The notes under the pieces were generated by a model that saw nothing but the letters and a program-made list of their open reading frames with translations, had not been told where the DNA came from and searched no databases. A stretch of 64,000 nt of DNA from the human T2T-CHM13v2.0 reference genome, Homo sapiens: the NCBI RefSeq assembly GCF_009914755.1, contig NC_060938.1; one strand, written 5' to 3'. Numbering within the stretch: position 1 is the first letter of the stretch; each line of letters opens with the position of its first letter. Positions 26,745 through 40,625 of the stretch are shown here, piece after piece. A program made the position numbers and the translations under genes.

Positions 26745-26862
26745 ATTACTTACTGTCGAAACTGGGACTGTTTTTATCACAAAAAGGGGCACTATTAATA
26801 ATTACACTGGAATGGGTATAAATTAAAGCAGTCTGGGGAAACCCAAACATATGGTCAACCTA
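26745..26862 (+). mobile_element. MER94-like (hAT-Blackjack) MITE
   Basis: aaactgggac...aaaggggcactattaataattacactgg...catatggtcaaccta resembles the MER94 consensus as I recall it. Confidence 0.6.
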
Positions 26863-27327
26863 ATGATACCTGTTTTCCTGCATAAAGGGGTTATAATTGT
26901 ACTAATTTATGGTGCAAACTGGGTGCTAAAGCTAGTGATGAGTTTCTCTGCTAGAAAAATGTTCCAAAGAAATAAACCAAGACAGTTAATGCAGAGTTTT
27001 GGTAGAAGGGATAACTACTTTTAGATGGTAGGTCACAGAAGCTTGTCCGAGGTGAGGACTTTGGGCTGAGTCCTGAATACAAACAGCCAGCTATGGGAAG
27101 CTCCATGGCAGGAGTGCTCCAGGGAGAGGGAATCCCAAAAGCCCTTTGTGGGAGTCCTTCTGTTAGAGAAGACCTGTTTGGATGGAGAATACAAAACCAG
27201 GGGGGCTTGGGAGATGAGGTCCGAGACATAAGGAGAGGCTAGTTCATGTTCAGCCATGTACATGTGGTGGGGAATTTGAGTTTTATTCTAATTGGTGGAA
27301 GCACAGCAGGTGATAGAGCATACCTCA

Positions 27328-27742
27328 CGTACTAGTTTACAAGGGCTGCCTTCACAAAGTACCCTGGACTGGGTGACTTAAACAATAGAAATTTATTTCC
27401 TCGCAGTTCTGCAGGGTGGACCTCCCAAATCAAGGTCCTGGCAGAGTTGGTGCCTTTTGAGGGCTGTGAGAGAAGGATCTGTTCCAGAACTTTCTTCTTG
27501 GCTTTTAGATGGCTGTCTTCTCCCTGTTTCTTTACATTGTCTTCCTGCTGAACATGTCTGTGTCCAAGTTTCCTCTTCTTATAAGGACGCCAGTCATATT
27601 GGACTAGGGTCCGCCCTCATGCCATAATTTTAATTGAATTACTTCTTAAAGACCCTATCTTCAAATATGGTAAGCCTCTGTGGTATTGGGGTTTAGATTT
27701 CAACATACGAGTGTTTGGAGGGACAGAATTCAGCCCACAACA
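27328..27742 (-). mobile_element. MaLR solo LTR (MLT1B-like)
   Basis: Reverse MLT1 sequence over 415 bp; perfect 5-bp TSD cctca (27323-27327, 27743-27747). Confidence 0.9.
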
Positions 27743-27890
27743 CCTCATTAAGCCTGGAAGAGACCGTAAGAATATTCGATTAACTGGATAAGAAGCACTT
27801 AAACCCAATTTCTAAGAAAAGAGGGATAAAAAGGTATACTGTTTCCAGGTATAGTATGAAGGTCATGATATAAAACAGAAAGAAGCTTTT

Positions 27891-28089
27891 TAGAAGGGAA
27901 CAAAAAACACTGGGGCTTACTTCAGGAGGGATGGTAGAAGGAGAAAGAGGAGCAGAAAAAATAACTATTGGATACTAGGGTTATTACCTTGGTGATTAAC
28001 TGATCTGTGCAACAAATCCTATGATAGGAGTTCACCTATACAACAGACCTGCACATGTACCCTTAAACCGAAAATTAAAGTTAAAAAAA
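27891..28089 (+). mobile_element. L1PA (~L1PA15-16) 3' end
   Basis: aataactattggatactagg...acctgcacatgtaccc...aaagttaaaaaaa; flanking gaaagaagc direct repeat. Confidence 0.8.
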
Positions 28090-28619
28090 GGAAAGAAGCC
28101 TTATACAGAGGACTATATATAGCCTTATATAAAGGACTATATTAAGAATTCTTGTGAGAAGTCATTATTTAGGTGTCAGGCATCTATAGCCATTTAAACA
28201 GAGTCTGTGTGTAACAGTCTTGAGCTGCTGATGAAAGAAGGTGTAGAAGAGTGTTGGTGCCAAGATCTGGAGTGGAGTGGTAGGATCCTGACCTGGAGCA
28301 CCCAGGAATGACTGTCCTTTGTGCACAGGTGATAGACAAAACTGGGGGAATGAGGAGTTGAACATGGAGGTATATGAGGAAGGCTCATCCGCTCTTCAGA
28401 AATCCAGAAACCTAAGTGTGAAAACACAGATTTGAGGGCCTCCACCTGACTTGGTGGGATGCTCTTCATAGGAGATATTCTCCTAATGTACATTACAAAG
28501 TCAATCTAGGAGTAATGTAAAAGTGATAGTTATCTTAAACAACCTGAATATTTTCTAGATATGTGATTTTGCAAAAATAAAAAAAATAAAAAAATAAAAA
28601 AATGAAAAAAAAAAAAAAA

Positions 28620-28924
<305 letters not shown>

Positions 28925-29291
28925 GAGAGAGAGAGAGAAAAGAAATATCTGTGTTAGGAAAAAAGCTAGGAAAAGCTAAATTCTGGTCATTTCATAATAA
29001 AACGAATAATGAAACAAACAGAAAAATATTTTATGTGGAAGAACAGAACAGAGACCTTGGGCAGAAGTAACCATGACACGTTGGGGTTTGTATAAGTAAT
29101 AAACGCTGAGATATATGCCTTAAACTTTAGACTGTCTGAGATCAGTTTAAGGCAAAGATAGAATATTATGACTAAAGAGCGTAAAATGAACTGCTGAGCA
29201 TGCAAGTACCATAAAAAGGCCCTTCCTTCAGAATTGAGCTGATCCATATTTTTTCTCTTGATTTCATTTTCTACTTAGGAACTCAGTTCTT

Positions 29292-29585
29292 GACAGGCCA
29301 CATATACAATGAATGTCCCAAAGATTGCAATACTGTATTTTTACTGTATATTTTTTATGTGTAGGTACACAAATATTTACTATTGTGTAACAGTTGCCTG
29401 CAGTATTCAGTACAATCACAAGCTGCACAGGTTTGTAGCCTAGGAGCATACCATATAGTTCAGGTGTGTAGAGGTTACACCATCCAGGTTTGTGTAAGTA
29501 TGCTCTATAATGTTCACACAAAGATGAAATCACCCAATGATGCATTTCTTAGAATATTTCCTCATCGTTACGTGAAGCATGACTA
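29292..29585 (+). mobile_element. Tigger3a-like MITE, 5' end missing
   Basis: tgtatttttactgta; caggtttgtagcctaggagca; aggtttgtgtaagta; ends catgact. Confidence 0.85.
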
Positions 29586-30647
29586 TGTAAGCATTGAGAA
29601 TATGAATACACATGATTTCCACCAAGAGAAAGCATGTGATCCCAAATATAATTGGTAAACTAGTATTAAAATTTTTTATATGTCTTTCTCAATATCTGTT
29701 ATATGAGACACACTTGTTTCACATAGAACAGATGAACTATTTGTTTTCCATCACTAGAATATTTTTCTTCTAAAACTTTTGACCTATTTGGGATTGAAAT
29801 AAATGACTTCTAAATTTCCATCCATTGCTAATATCTGTAATTCTGTGTATTACAGATAATTGGCTAATTACCTGAGTATGGTGTTGCTTTTTTCAATTTA
29901 TAACAGTTTAGACCTTTTAGGATACAGTTGTTGAAATATGGCACCAAAACACTAAGCATCTTATATTGATCGTGTGTCAATTTACCTAACCTTGGCAATT
30001 ATTTTCAATATCTATTTTCCAAGGAAAGAAATGAGTAGTTATTATCAAATTACACAAGTGGAGAAGAATTGGAGTTTAGGTAAATATTTTGTTCTAAAAT
30101 ATCAAATGGTCATTTAAGCTGAATTGGGATAAAACAACCCCTATGAATTTTGCTGGATGGACACCATAAATGACAGCAACCCTGTTCTTCTGTTTTCATC
30201 ATAGTCAAAAAATGCTTTAGAGTTTACTACTTCTACATATCTCATTTAGTTTTCATAATGGAGATTTTCTAATGCATGTTTTATAGATGAGCAAACAAAT
30301 TGAAGATGTTAAGTGACTTGTTCAAAGTCATATATGTGAACACATATTGAACATAACTTATTTGGCCTTATTACTATAATGGTCATTAGAATATCTTTAA
30401 AAATATAATTTTTTAATCAATTGACATTACACAATTTTTATTTGAAGCTTTCAAAATTAACAGTAATAATGTTATTTTATTAAGCACTTATTATATTTCA
30501 GTCACAGTGCTAAGCACGTCACAGTCATCATCTAATTTACTCAATCTGAAGGTATGCCATTCTCTGAAAATGGCAATATACGCTTACAATTATTTGTAGC
30601 ATAGCATTCTACACTAAAAAGATGAAATAAAGAAGTTGAAATTTTCT

Positions 30648-30990
30648 TTATCAATTAGGATAGCTAATGATCTTCTGTGGCAACAATCAGCATGTCTTAC
30701 AGCTTAAAACAACAACGTTTACTTCTCATCCACCTTACATCCTATCTTTGGTGTACCTGGAGCTCTGTCTCATGTCGTCCCCACTCAGAGACTCACGCTG
30801 ATGGAGCAGCCACAATCTAGAGCCTGGCCTGCCACAGTGGTAGAGGAAAAGACAGACTGGTGAACTGTGCAGTGATCCCTAACACTTCTGCCCAGAGGTG
30901 ATGCCAGTCACCTTGATCGAAGCAAGTCAATGGCTACATCAAATATCAAAAAAGTGGGAAGTGAAATCTTAAAACACCCCGGAAAATACT
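30648..30990 (-). mobile_element. Old MaLR LTR (MLT1I/J-like)
   Basis: gcttaaaacaaca; gctgatggagcagcc; cttctgcccagaggtga; agcaagtca...ggc; boundaries approximate. Confidence 0.65.
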
Positions 30991-31069
30991 GGAAATTTTT
31001 ATTTTAGTTTTACTTGAAAAAAGTATAAATTTTGATTTTCTGTATTAAATCACTTATTCAAACAATGAT

Positions 31070-31864
31070 TTATTCAACAGAAAGCATTGAACACTGTATT
31101 TCTTTTCTGACAACCACTTCTCCAATTCTCTGACACCAACTGGGTGCCCAACAATTTTATTCAATTCTGATACTACCTGGAGTTAGCACAGATCCCCCAG
31201 GTTAAGGACTCAGTCTCACAAGACTTCTGCTACTCTAGACACCAGACACTGTACATGGAGTGCTCGGGCTACCCACAGTTTTGTGCAGCTGACCACAAAT
31301 TGGGGGTTCTCATGACCCCCTCCACCCCTCAGTTTCCATAATTCAGTAGAGCCACTCACAGAACCACGACATGTTCTTTATTTGCAATTATTGGTTTATT
31401 ATAAAGGATTCAACTTAGGAACAGCCAAATTGAAGAGATGTATTGGACAAAACATGAGGAAGAGGACCCAGAGCATAGATGCCCTCTCCTGGCACACTGC
31501 CCTGCCAGCATGATGATATGTTCACCAATCTGGAAGATCCTCAAACCCCATCTTTTAGAGTTTTGTGTCCAGGATTCATTAAGGTAGACATGATTGATTA
31601 TACATTGCCCATTGGTGATTGAACTCAATCTCCAGCCCTTCTCTCCAACCCAGATGTCAGGGACGGGGACCTTCAGTTCTGTTCCTCTAATCCAGTAGTT
31701 TTTAATGTAATCAGTCCTCATCCTAAAGCAAAAAGCTACCCTTTTCTCCCCCATGAGTTATTTCATTAGGGATCTTAAATAGAAGACTATTCCTTCAGAA
31801 GATTTTAGGAGCTTTGTGCCAGGAAGCTGGGAGAAAGATTTTTTTGTTGTTGTTACACTACACA
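31070..31864 (-). mobile_element. MER21-family LTR
   Basis: gacaccaactgggtg...aattctga...ctacctggagttagcacagatccc; tttattataaaggat; ttttaggagctttgtgccaggaa. Confidence 0.8.
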
Positions 31865-33209
31865 CAGCCATATGCTGAGCTTGGTGCAAGGCACGGGGGA
31901 TACAGTGGTTAATGGAGCAGACACAGTCCTTGTCCTCATGAAACTTCAAGTTAGGCAAACTCATTGAAATGAAGATCAGTCTAGAGAAGTTAGTAAAACT
32001 GAAACAAAGATAAATAAAACATGAACTTGATTCACAGAAACACTTACCTCCATATATGAATAACATCAATTAGTAAACTGGGAGGAGGAAGGAGGTGCTG
32101 GGTGTGGAATGGACGGGAAAAATGGAGAAGTCAACACTGAATTTCTAATCACCTAAATCACTTTAAGTCTCATCTTTTTGACATGGTGATGGTCAAAGAT
32201 TGGCACATTATTCTTATCAAAGCACAGGATAGGGTGCTAGGTGGAGGAACCAGGAAAGATTAGTCAGAGAAGATGCCTTGAAATTCTATGTTAGATTGTC
32301 ATCTAGGTTATACAGCTCATGGACAAAAATACATGCATAAAATGATGCCCACATGGATTAATGGATACATGAAATTTTAAATTCCTAGACAAACATATAA
32401 ATCAATGAATTATTAAGTTTATACTAGTTGTATATGGGACTATTTGATATTGCTTACTTTGTTCTTTGAATTTTGCATTTAGGAGATTTGTAGTATGAGT
32501 TTCTTGCAGAAATCTTAACATTTCCTTAAAAAACCACTTCCCTAAAATAATCCTTGAGGAAACATATTTGTCAGAAATGTTCACATCATATTCCTTTTGT
32601 TCTGGTTTATCTCATCCTCCTTGACTTCTCCACATCTCTAAGTAGGAAGTTATTTATTGCTGCTGAAGTTGTAACCCTGGTGATTTCGCTATCAACTTAC
32701 AAATCACTTCCTTTCCATATGACTACAGCATGTAAGAATGCTGAGGTTTTCTTTTCTCCAAATAAGGCAGAATGCTTCAAGAATATTTTATCGTCCTATA
32801 TGGATATTCTATACCTTTAGAGTGAACACTTTCCTCTATTAAAACATTAACAGTCATAATGAGATTCAGTCCAACTGGACCGAGCTTGTGAATAAAACAA
32901 GATGCTCCAGTCTGTGGTTCAAACATTTTGAACTTCCCAGAATATAATTAGGTATAGAATATAGTTCTTATCTTTCTTTGAGAACTTTTTGAATTATTGT
33001 TATAGTTTCTAAAATATCTTTTCTATTTTGAGGGTAAGGTCACAAAACAGAAAAAAATGTGTATCAGAGTATGTTGAATATGGCTGTTTGTCAGATCAAG
33101 TTTACGCTGTGTATGGGCCTTCGTCCAATTTAGATGCAGATGGTATAAGGGACTTTGAATATGCTATATTATTATTCAGCTGACTTCTCCAGTAAATAAT
33201 AGTGTTCTT

Positions 33210-33492
33210 CAGGAACAGAAAACCAAACGCCACATGTTCTCACTCATAAATGGGAGCTGAACAATGAGAACACATGGACACAGGGAGGGGAACATCACAT
33301 ACACTGGGGCCTGTAGGTGGAGGGGAGCAGGGGGAGGGAGAGCATCAGGATAAATAGCTAATGCATGTGGGGCTTAATACCTAGGTGATGGGTTGATAGG
33401 TGCAGCACATCACCATGGCACATGTTTACCTATGTAACAAACCTGCATGTCCTGTACATGTATCCCAGACCCCAAAATAAAATTAAAAAAAT
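33210..33492 (+). mobile_element. L1PA (~L1PA10-11) 3' end
   Basis: L1 3'UTR; perfect 15-bp TSD aataatagtgttctt (33195-33209, 33493-33507). Confidence 0.93.
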
Positions 33493-34500
33493 AATAATAG
33501 TGTTCTTTAGCGTCTTTCATGTGAATGGAAGTTTTGCAGACATTGTCACAGCAGCATTTTTTCCCGTGGGTTTCCACTAAGTGGTGCCTTCGCCTTGGGG
33601 GAAAGGTGTCTCAGTCTTATTCCAGTCTGCTTCATTTACTGTTGATGTGATGATTGCTGCCTATGTAGTATGTGACTTTCTAGGGACAGGCGGTCAGGTT
33701 TTTCTGGACCCCTCTTTCTCTGAGGATCTCTTCAAAGGAATAGCCTTTGGCCTTGAGTGCTGCCTCGAGCCCACAAGCACCTTCTCATGGTTGAGCACAC
33801 CCTATTGCTTGACTCAGTGAAATACATTGAATATCCTGCCAACACTTTTTGTTGTACATCTCTTTGCCCTCAGGCTAGCTACAGAAAGAAAAAGAGAGAG
33901 AGAATACATTTTTACATTTCCTGTTCTTCATGTTGAATGAGGCAGTTTATCTTCTGAACAGCTGCTTTGAAGGTTTGAGTATGTTCGATGCACTAAACAT
34001 AACAGCATAGAAATGAAAAAAGGAGGTTGGCAAACTACCTTCTTATCTTCTTTTAAGGCTTTTGAAGGATTTAAGTTGTTTCACCTTTTAGTGGCATCAC
34101 AGAGAGGTTGAGATTTCACTTAGAGAGAATGGCTTTGATGTGCTATTTTGTATATTAGTGAACAGGTTCACAAAGATGCCATTCTCTAATCAATGCTCCT
34201 GCTCCCACAAGACAGAAGAGAATTGAGGAATTAAGGAAATGCCAAGAGGTAGAACATCCAGTATCTTTGGTGGAGATCTTGCTTTGCTATGTTTCCTTCC
34301 TTCAAGTTATTTGATCTGTGCGTGTGCCTGAGCATTTATTGTACAACAGATACTGTGCTAAGGCTTTTATAAGCTTTGTATTGCTTAATGTTCATGGCAG
34401 CCTTGGGAAGAAGGTACTGTTAGAGTAGGAATGCTACTATAATCTTCCAACTGGGTTGACATTAATTCCTTAACCTGCTCTTTTTGACTTTTCTTCTTCA

Positions 34501-34878
<378 letters not shown>

Positions 34879-36742
34879 TTAATACGTGTGAGTATAGTAG
34901 TGAACAATTATTATGGGCTTAGTAAGTGCCAGGTTTTATCTTAAGTAGTTTATGTGCAAACCCGATAACACCCAAACAACCATGTAAAATAGATATCATA
35001 AGCCCTATTGTATTTTAAATGAAGAAGAGATGATAAGAGACATCCCTAAGCTCCCACTGACATAAAATACAGACACCAGGATTTGAACTGGGCCCATCTT
35101 ACTACAGAGCCTCAGGATTTAACCCCCACTCTTCCAGTTTTCTTCATGGCCTATTGTCAGAGTAGAAACATTATTTCTATTCTGAACATGGGCTGTGCTC
35201 AATAAATTATTGCTTCATCTCCTTGATGATAACAAACCATTGCCTTTCTTAAAAGTCTTTTCTAAAAAATTTTAGCCTAGTAATTTCAAAAAAAAGTAAA
35301 GCAGTAAAATACGTCATCCTGTAAAGTCTAAAGATTTGAAATTTAAAAGTTTTCAGGCTAGAGAACAGAACTTGATGTAATTTCTAGAAGTGAAATAACT
35401 CTTGTTAAAATCAGATGCTGCTGGTACGCAATCCAAAAGGGATTGTTTAGACCCTAGAAGCTTCAAATAAATTGAGTCTCAGAAATAGGGGGGAATTGAG
35501 TCACACAGTTCTGATTGTTTTTGTCAACCTACTGAAGAGGAACAGGAGCACCCTTCCGAAAGAGTTCAGAGCTGAGTGTGAGTATTCACAAGCAAGAACC
35601 TCTGGCACATCTTCATCTTTATAATTCCAATAGCAATGGCAAACAAGAAGACTCAATGTTTAACTTCAGATTTCATTAGACGGAGAGCCGTGTTTACAAT
35701 CAGCTGACTCATTTGAGCGTTCTGACAAGCTCTCAATCCTATCTGGATCTGTTAGGTTGTCTTTTAAAAGAGGAAATATTTCAACAGAGATAATATTCCT
35801 ATAAGCTGTGAAAGTCTGTCTAGAAATCAATTGTTAAGCAACCTATAGAGTTTAGAGCAGAAAAAGCTACAAAATGAAGTAAATTTTTATAGTGGTTTCT
35901 AGTGAGAAACAATGTATGCCCTAGGTGCAGTGGGCCATGGAGAACATTTATTACATTCTTCTTGTATGAACACTGATATACGAAGAAAATAAAAGCTCAG
36001 CTTTTGCCTTATAACACTACACTTGCCATGGTACACTTCAAAATTCACACATGCATAGGGAGATTATTTACACATGTGCAAAACTAGGAAAATAAAATAA
36101 TGTGAAAACATACTAGTTAAATGTGATTGTGCAGCTCTTTTACTTCTATTCTGGATTGGTGTTTTTGCCAAACCCTCCCTATGTCAACACAGGTGACCCC
36201 TCTGAAAGGAACGTGCCAATTATAGTTGACAAAGGGGCTTGGTGCACTGAATCTTGAGAAATGATCTTGAATGACCTCCAGGATTTAAATATAGTTATTG
36301 AAAGGGGCCGAACCAATGAGATGATTCACAGCTTCCGCATGGAGCCATCTCTATATGCTAAGTACGAGGCCAGTCCTCATAAAAACCCGCCAAGGAGGGC
36401 AGTAGCACCATTGTTACCAGCACAGACTCCTCCCTTTCCTAGCTGTGTGACCTTAAGGAGAAATATACACTCCAGAAATCTGCTGCTTCTTCTCTGAAAA
36501 GGGCACAACAATAGTCGCCCATTGTAGAGAGGATTAATGGGATAATTATATTATGTAAAACTCACTGAAGTATTTTGTTTACATAGGGACTATTCAATAA
36601 ACATAAAAATTATAATTATTACAGTTGTTATAATTCCCCTTTTACAGCTGAGGAAACTCCCAAGACCACAGAATAAGTGGAAAAGTTGAAATTGGAACCT
36701 ACCTCTTTTTGACTCCAAATGAAGTGTTCTTTTTAATAGGTA

Positions 36743-37046
36743 CAGTAGTTCCCACCTATTCATGAGAGATACCTTCCAAGACCCCCAGTGGAAGCCTGAA
36801 ACCACAGCCAGCACCAAACCCTATATACACTGTGTTTTTCCTACATATACCTATGATAAAGTTTAATTTATAAATTAGGCAGAGTAAGAGTTCAACAACA
36901 GTAATTAAAAAAATAGAACAACTGTAAAAATAATCCTGTAATGAAAGTTATGTGAATGTGGTCTTTCTCTCTTATATATTTCTGGAATATTCCATTTAAT
37001 ATTTTTGGACTGAAACTGTGGAAAGCAAAACAGTGAATAAATACTG
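36743..37046 (+). mobile_element. MER44/Tigger7-family MITE
   Basis: TA-cagtag...tactg-TA ends; ttccaagacccccagtgga; acctatgataaagtttaatttataaattaggca. Confidence 0.85.
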
Positions 37047-37059
37047 TAATTAGTGTTCA

Positions 37060-37782
<723 letters not shown>

Positions 37783-38429
37783 GTTTTTTTCAGAATTCCG
37801 ACTATATGCCAAGCACTCTGTTGGGTGCTGATCAACAAGGTAGACTAAGTCTTTCCTTATGGAGCCCACATTCCAGCTGCCTCTGACAATGCTTTTCCCC
37901 ATGGCACTCAGAATCCTGATTCCTGAGTCCTACAGAACATTCTGTAACTTGGTAATTCTGAGGCTGCCTTGGGGAACAAGCGTAAGGAGGAGGGTTTCCT
38001 CAGAGCAGAAAGGAGGGAATGTTTTTCCTGCAATTAGAGAGTGCAGTGACAGTGGCAACCACAGTAGCCTCATAGAGCACCAGGGATGACAGGGAAGAAA
38101 GTGAATGCTGACCTCGGCTGAAACAGCGCTGGCAGCTTCAGCAGATATATTACATGGTACTTACCATTACTTCATACAGTGTTGAGAGTTTTGGCTCTTG
38201 AGCAGAATTTCTGGGTCTGTATTTTACCTATGCTGCTCATGCATTTTATGATCCTATGTGGGTTATTTAAGCTTTTTGTGCCTCATCTATAAGATTGAGA
38301 CCATTATGATATTGATTTCATAGGTACTTTGCAGGCAGGATTACCTATCTGAGAGAAACTTGATTTATTTCTTTGATGCATGCAAACTTAAGCTTGCCAA
38401 TGCTCATATTTGTGCATTTTTCCCCACAC

Positions 38430-38862
38430 AGGACAGTGCAGTCGTTAAGGCACCATGGTTAGTGTCATCTCTACATGCCTCAGCCTATCTCAAGGTCTCC
38501 TTTGGACAGTTTGCAAATGAATGCCTGCCTGAGTCTCTATATCTGAGGGAGTCCTCTGCCTGGGGGAGCTTATCTGCCCATGCTCAAGACATGAGGGCTA
38601 GAATTTGTAGATAAATACAACAGCTTCCTTGTCCCTTGGAGATGATTCTCAGACATATTCCACAATCTCTCAGAGGCTCCCTGGTGGTACCAAATCCCAG
38701 TTGTCCACAGCAATAGTGGGGTTGTTAACCAGCTTTCCTCCCTTCTCTGTCTCACTGCCCCACTTCCTCAATTTGCTCTCTGGGATCTTCCCCCAAATAA
38801 ATGACATGCTCCCAAATCCTTGTCTCAAGGTCTTGTTTTAGGAGGAACCCCAGGCAAAGGTA
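38430..38862 (+). mobile_element. LTR16-family ERVL LTR
   Basis: 3' end ctgggatcttcccccaaataaa...caaatccttgtctcaaggtc...ggaaccc; 5' boundary approximate. Confidence 0.7.
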
Positions 38863-38921
38863 GTTACAGATTTTAGAGCAGGACTTCCTCCTGCAAATTC
38901 TGACTTCATTACTTACAGGGA

Positions 38922-39821
38922 TTTTTTTTTTAATACTTTAAGTTTTAGGGTACATGTGCACAATGTGCAGGTTTGTTACATATGTATACATGTGCCATGT
39001 TGGTGTGCCGCACCCAGTAACTCGTCATTTAACATTAGGTATATCTCCTAATTCTATCCCTCCCCCTTACTCCCACCCCACAACAGGCCCTGGTGTGTGA
39101 TGTTCCCCTTCCTGTGTCCATGTGTTCTCATTGTTCAATTCCAACCTGTGAGTGAGAACATGCGGTGTTTGGTTTTTTGTCCTTGCGATAGTTTGCTCAG
39201 AATGATGGTTTCCAGCTTCATCCATGTCCCTACAAAGGACATGAACTCATCCTTTTTTATGGCTGCATAGTATTCCATGGTGTTTGTGTGCCACATTTTC
39301 TGAATCCAGTCTATCATTGTTGGACATTTGGGTTGGTTCCAAGTCTTTGCTATTGTGAATTAGTGCCTCAATAAACATACGTGTGCATGTGTCTTTATAG
39401 TAGCATGATTTATAATCCTTTGGGTATATACCCAGTAATGGGATTGCTGGGTCAAATGGTATTTTTAGTTCTAGATTGAGGAATTGCCACACTGTCTTCC
39501 ACAATGGTTGAACTAGTTTACACTCCCACCAACAGTGTAAAAGCATTCCTATCTCTCCACATCCTCTCCAGCATCTGTTATTTCCTGAATTTTTAATGAT
39601 CTCCATTCTAACTGGTATGAGATGGTATCTCACTGTGGTCTTGATTTGCATTTCTCTGATGCCCAGTGATGACGAGCATTTTTTCATGTGTTTTTTGGCT
39701 GCATAAATGTCTTCTTTTGAGAAGTGTCTGTTCATATCCTTCGCCCACTTTTTGAAGTGGTTGTTTGATTTTTTCTTGTAAATTTGTTTAAGTTCTTTGT
39801 AGATTCTGGATATTAGCCCTT
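38922..39821 (-). mobile_element. L1PA (~L1PA4-6) 5'-truncated, ~900 bp, nested in the tail of an older L1
   Basis: Young-type 3'UTR plus ORF2 3' end. Confidence 0.93.
39135..39735 (-). pseudogene. L1 ORF2p C-terminal (Cys-rich) fragment, frameshifted
   Basis: [24 protein letters not shown]...[25 protein letters not shown] and [32 protein letters not shown]. Confidence 0.93.
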
Positions 39822-40440
39822 TATTTAATTTTTATTTTGAGTTCAGGGGTACATGTGCATGTTTTTTATATAGATAAACTTATGTCATGGAGGTTTGTTA
39901 TACAGATTATTTCATCACCCAATAATTAAGCCTAGTACCCATTAGTTATTTTTCCTGATCCTCTTCCTCCTCCCACCCTCTACCCTCCAAAAGGCCCCAG
40001 TGTGTGTTGTTCCCCTCTATTTATTCATATGTTCACATAATTTAGCTCCCACTTATAAGTGAGAACATGCAGTATTCAGTTTTCTGTTCCTGCATTAGTT
40101 TGCTAAGGATAATGGCCTCTAGCTCCATCCATGATCCTGTAAAGGACACGATCTCATTCTTTTTTATGGCTGCATAGTATTCCATGGTGCATATGCTTTA
40201 TCAAGTCTATCGTTAATGGGCATTTGGGTTGATTCCATGACTTTGCTATCGTACAGTGCTTCAGTGAACATACACATGCATGTGTCTTTATAATAGGATG
40301 ATTTATATTCCTTTGGGTATATATCCAGTAATGGGATTGCTAGATCAAATGGTATTCAGACAAGCAAATGCTAAGGAAATTTGTTACCACAAGACCTTCC
40401 TTATAAGGGAAGCATTAAATATGGAGAGAAAAGACCATTA
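39822..40440 (-). mobile_element. Older L1PA (~L1PA13-16) with 5' inversion (40357-40440 on + strand, from the ORF1 end)
   Basis: Minus-strand 3'UTR/ORF2 end to 40356, then plus-strand cagacaagcaaatgct...aagcattaaatatgga; TSD catta(c/t)ttacag at 38907-38918 and 40436-40447. Confidence 0.85.
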
Positions 40441-40446
40441 TTTACA

Positions 40447-40625
40447 GTTTTTAAATTAAGGAAATGATTAAACACTTCATTATTTCAATTTTCTCATGTC
40501 TAAGGAAGGTATGATGATAAAAGCTACATGATATTTTTTGTGAAGCTTAGCTGAAACAGTACCTGTCAAGTGCTTCTAGACCATTGCAAGTTTTCAATAA
40601 ATGTTAGCTTTTATTATTATTATTA
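40447..40625 (+). mobile_element. MIR 3' part (5' part at ~38865-38918), split by the L1 insertions
   Basis: caattttctcatgtctaa...caataaatgttagcttttattattat is a MIR 3' end. Confidence 0.65.
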
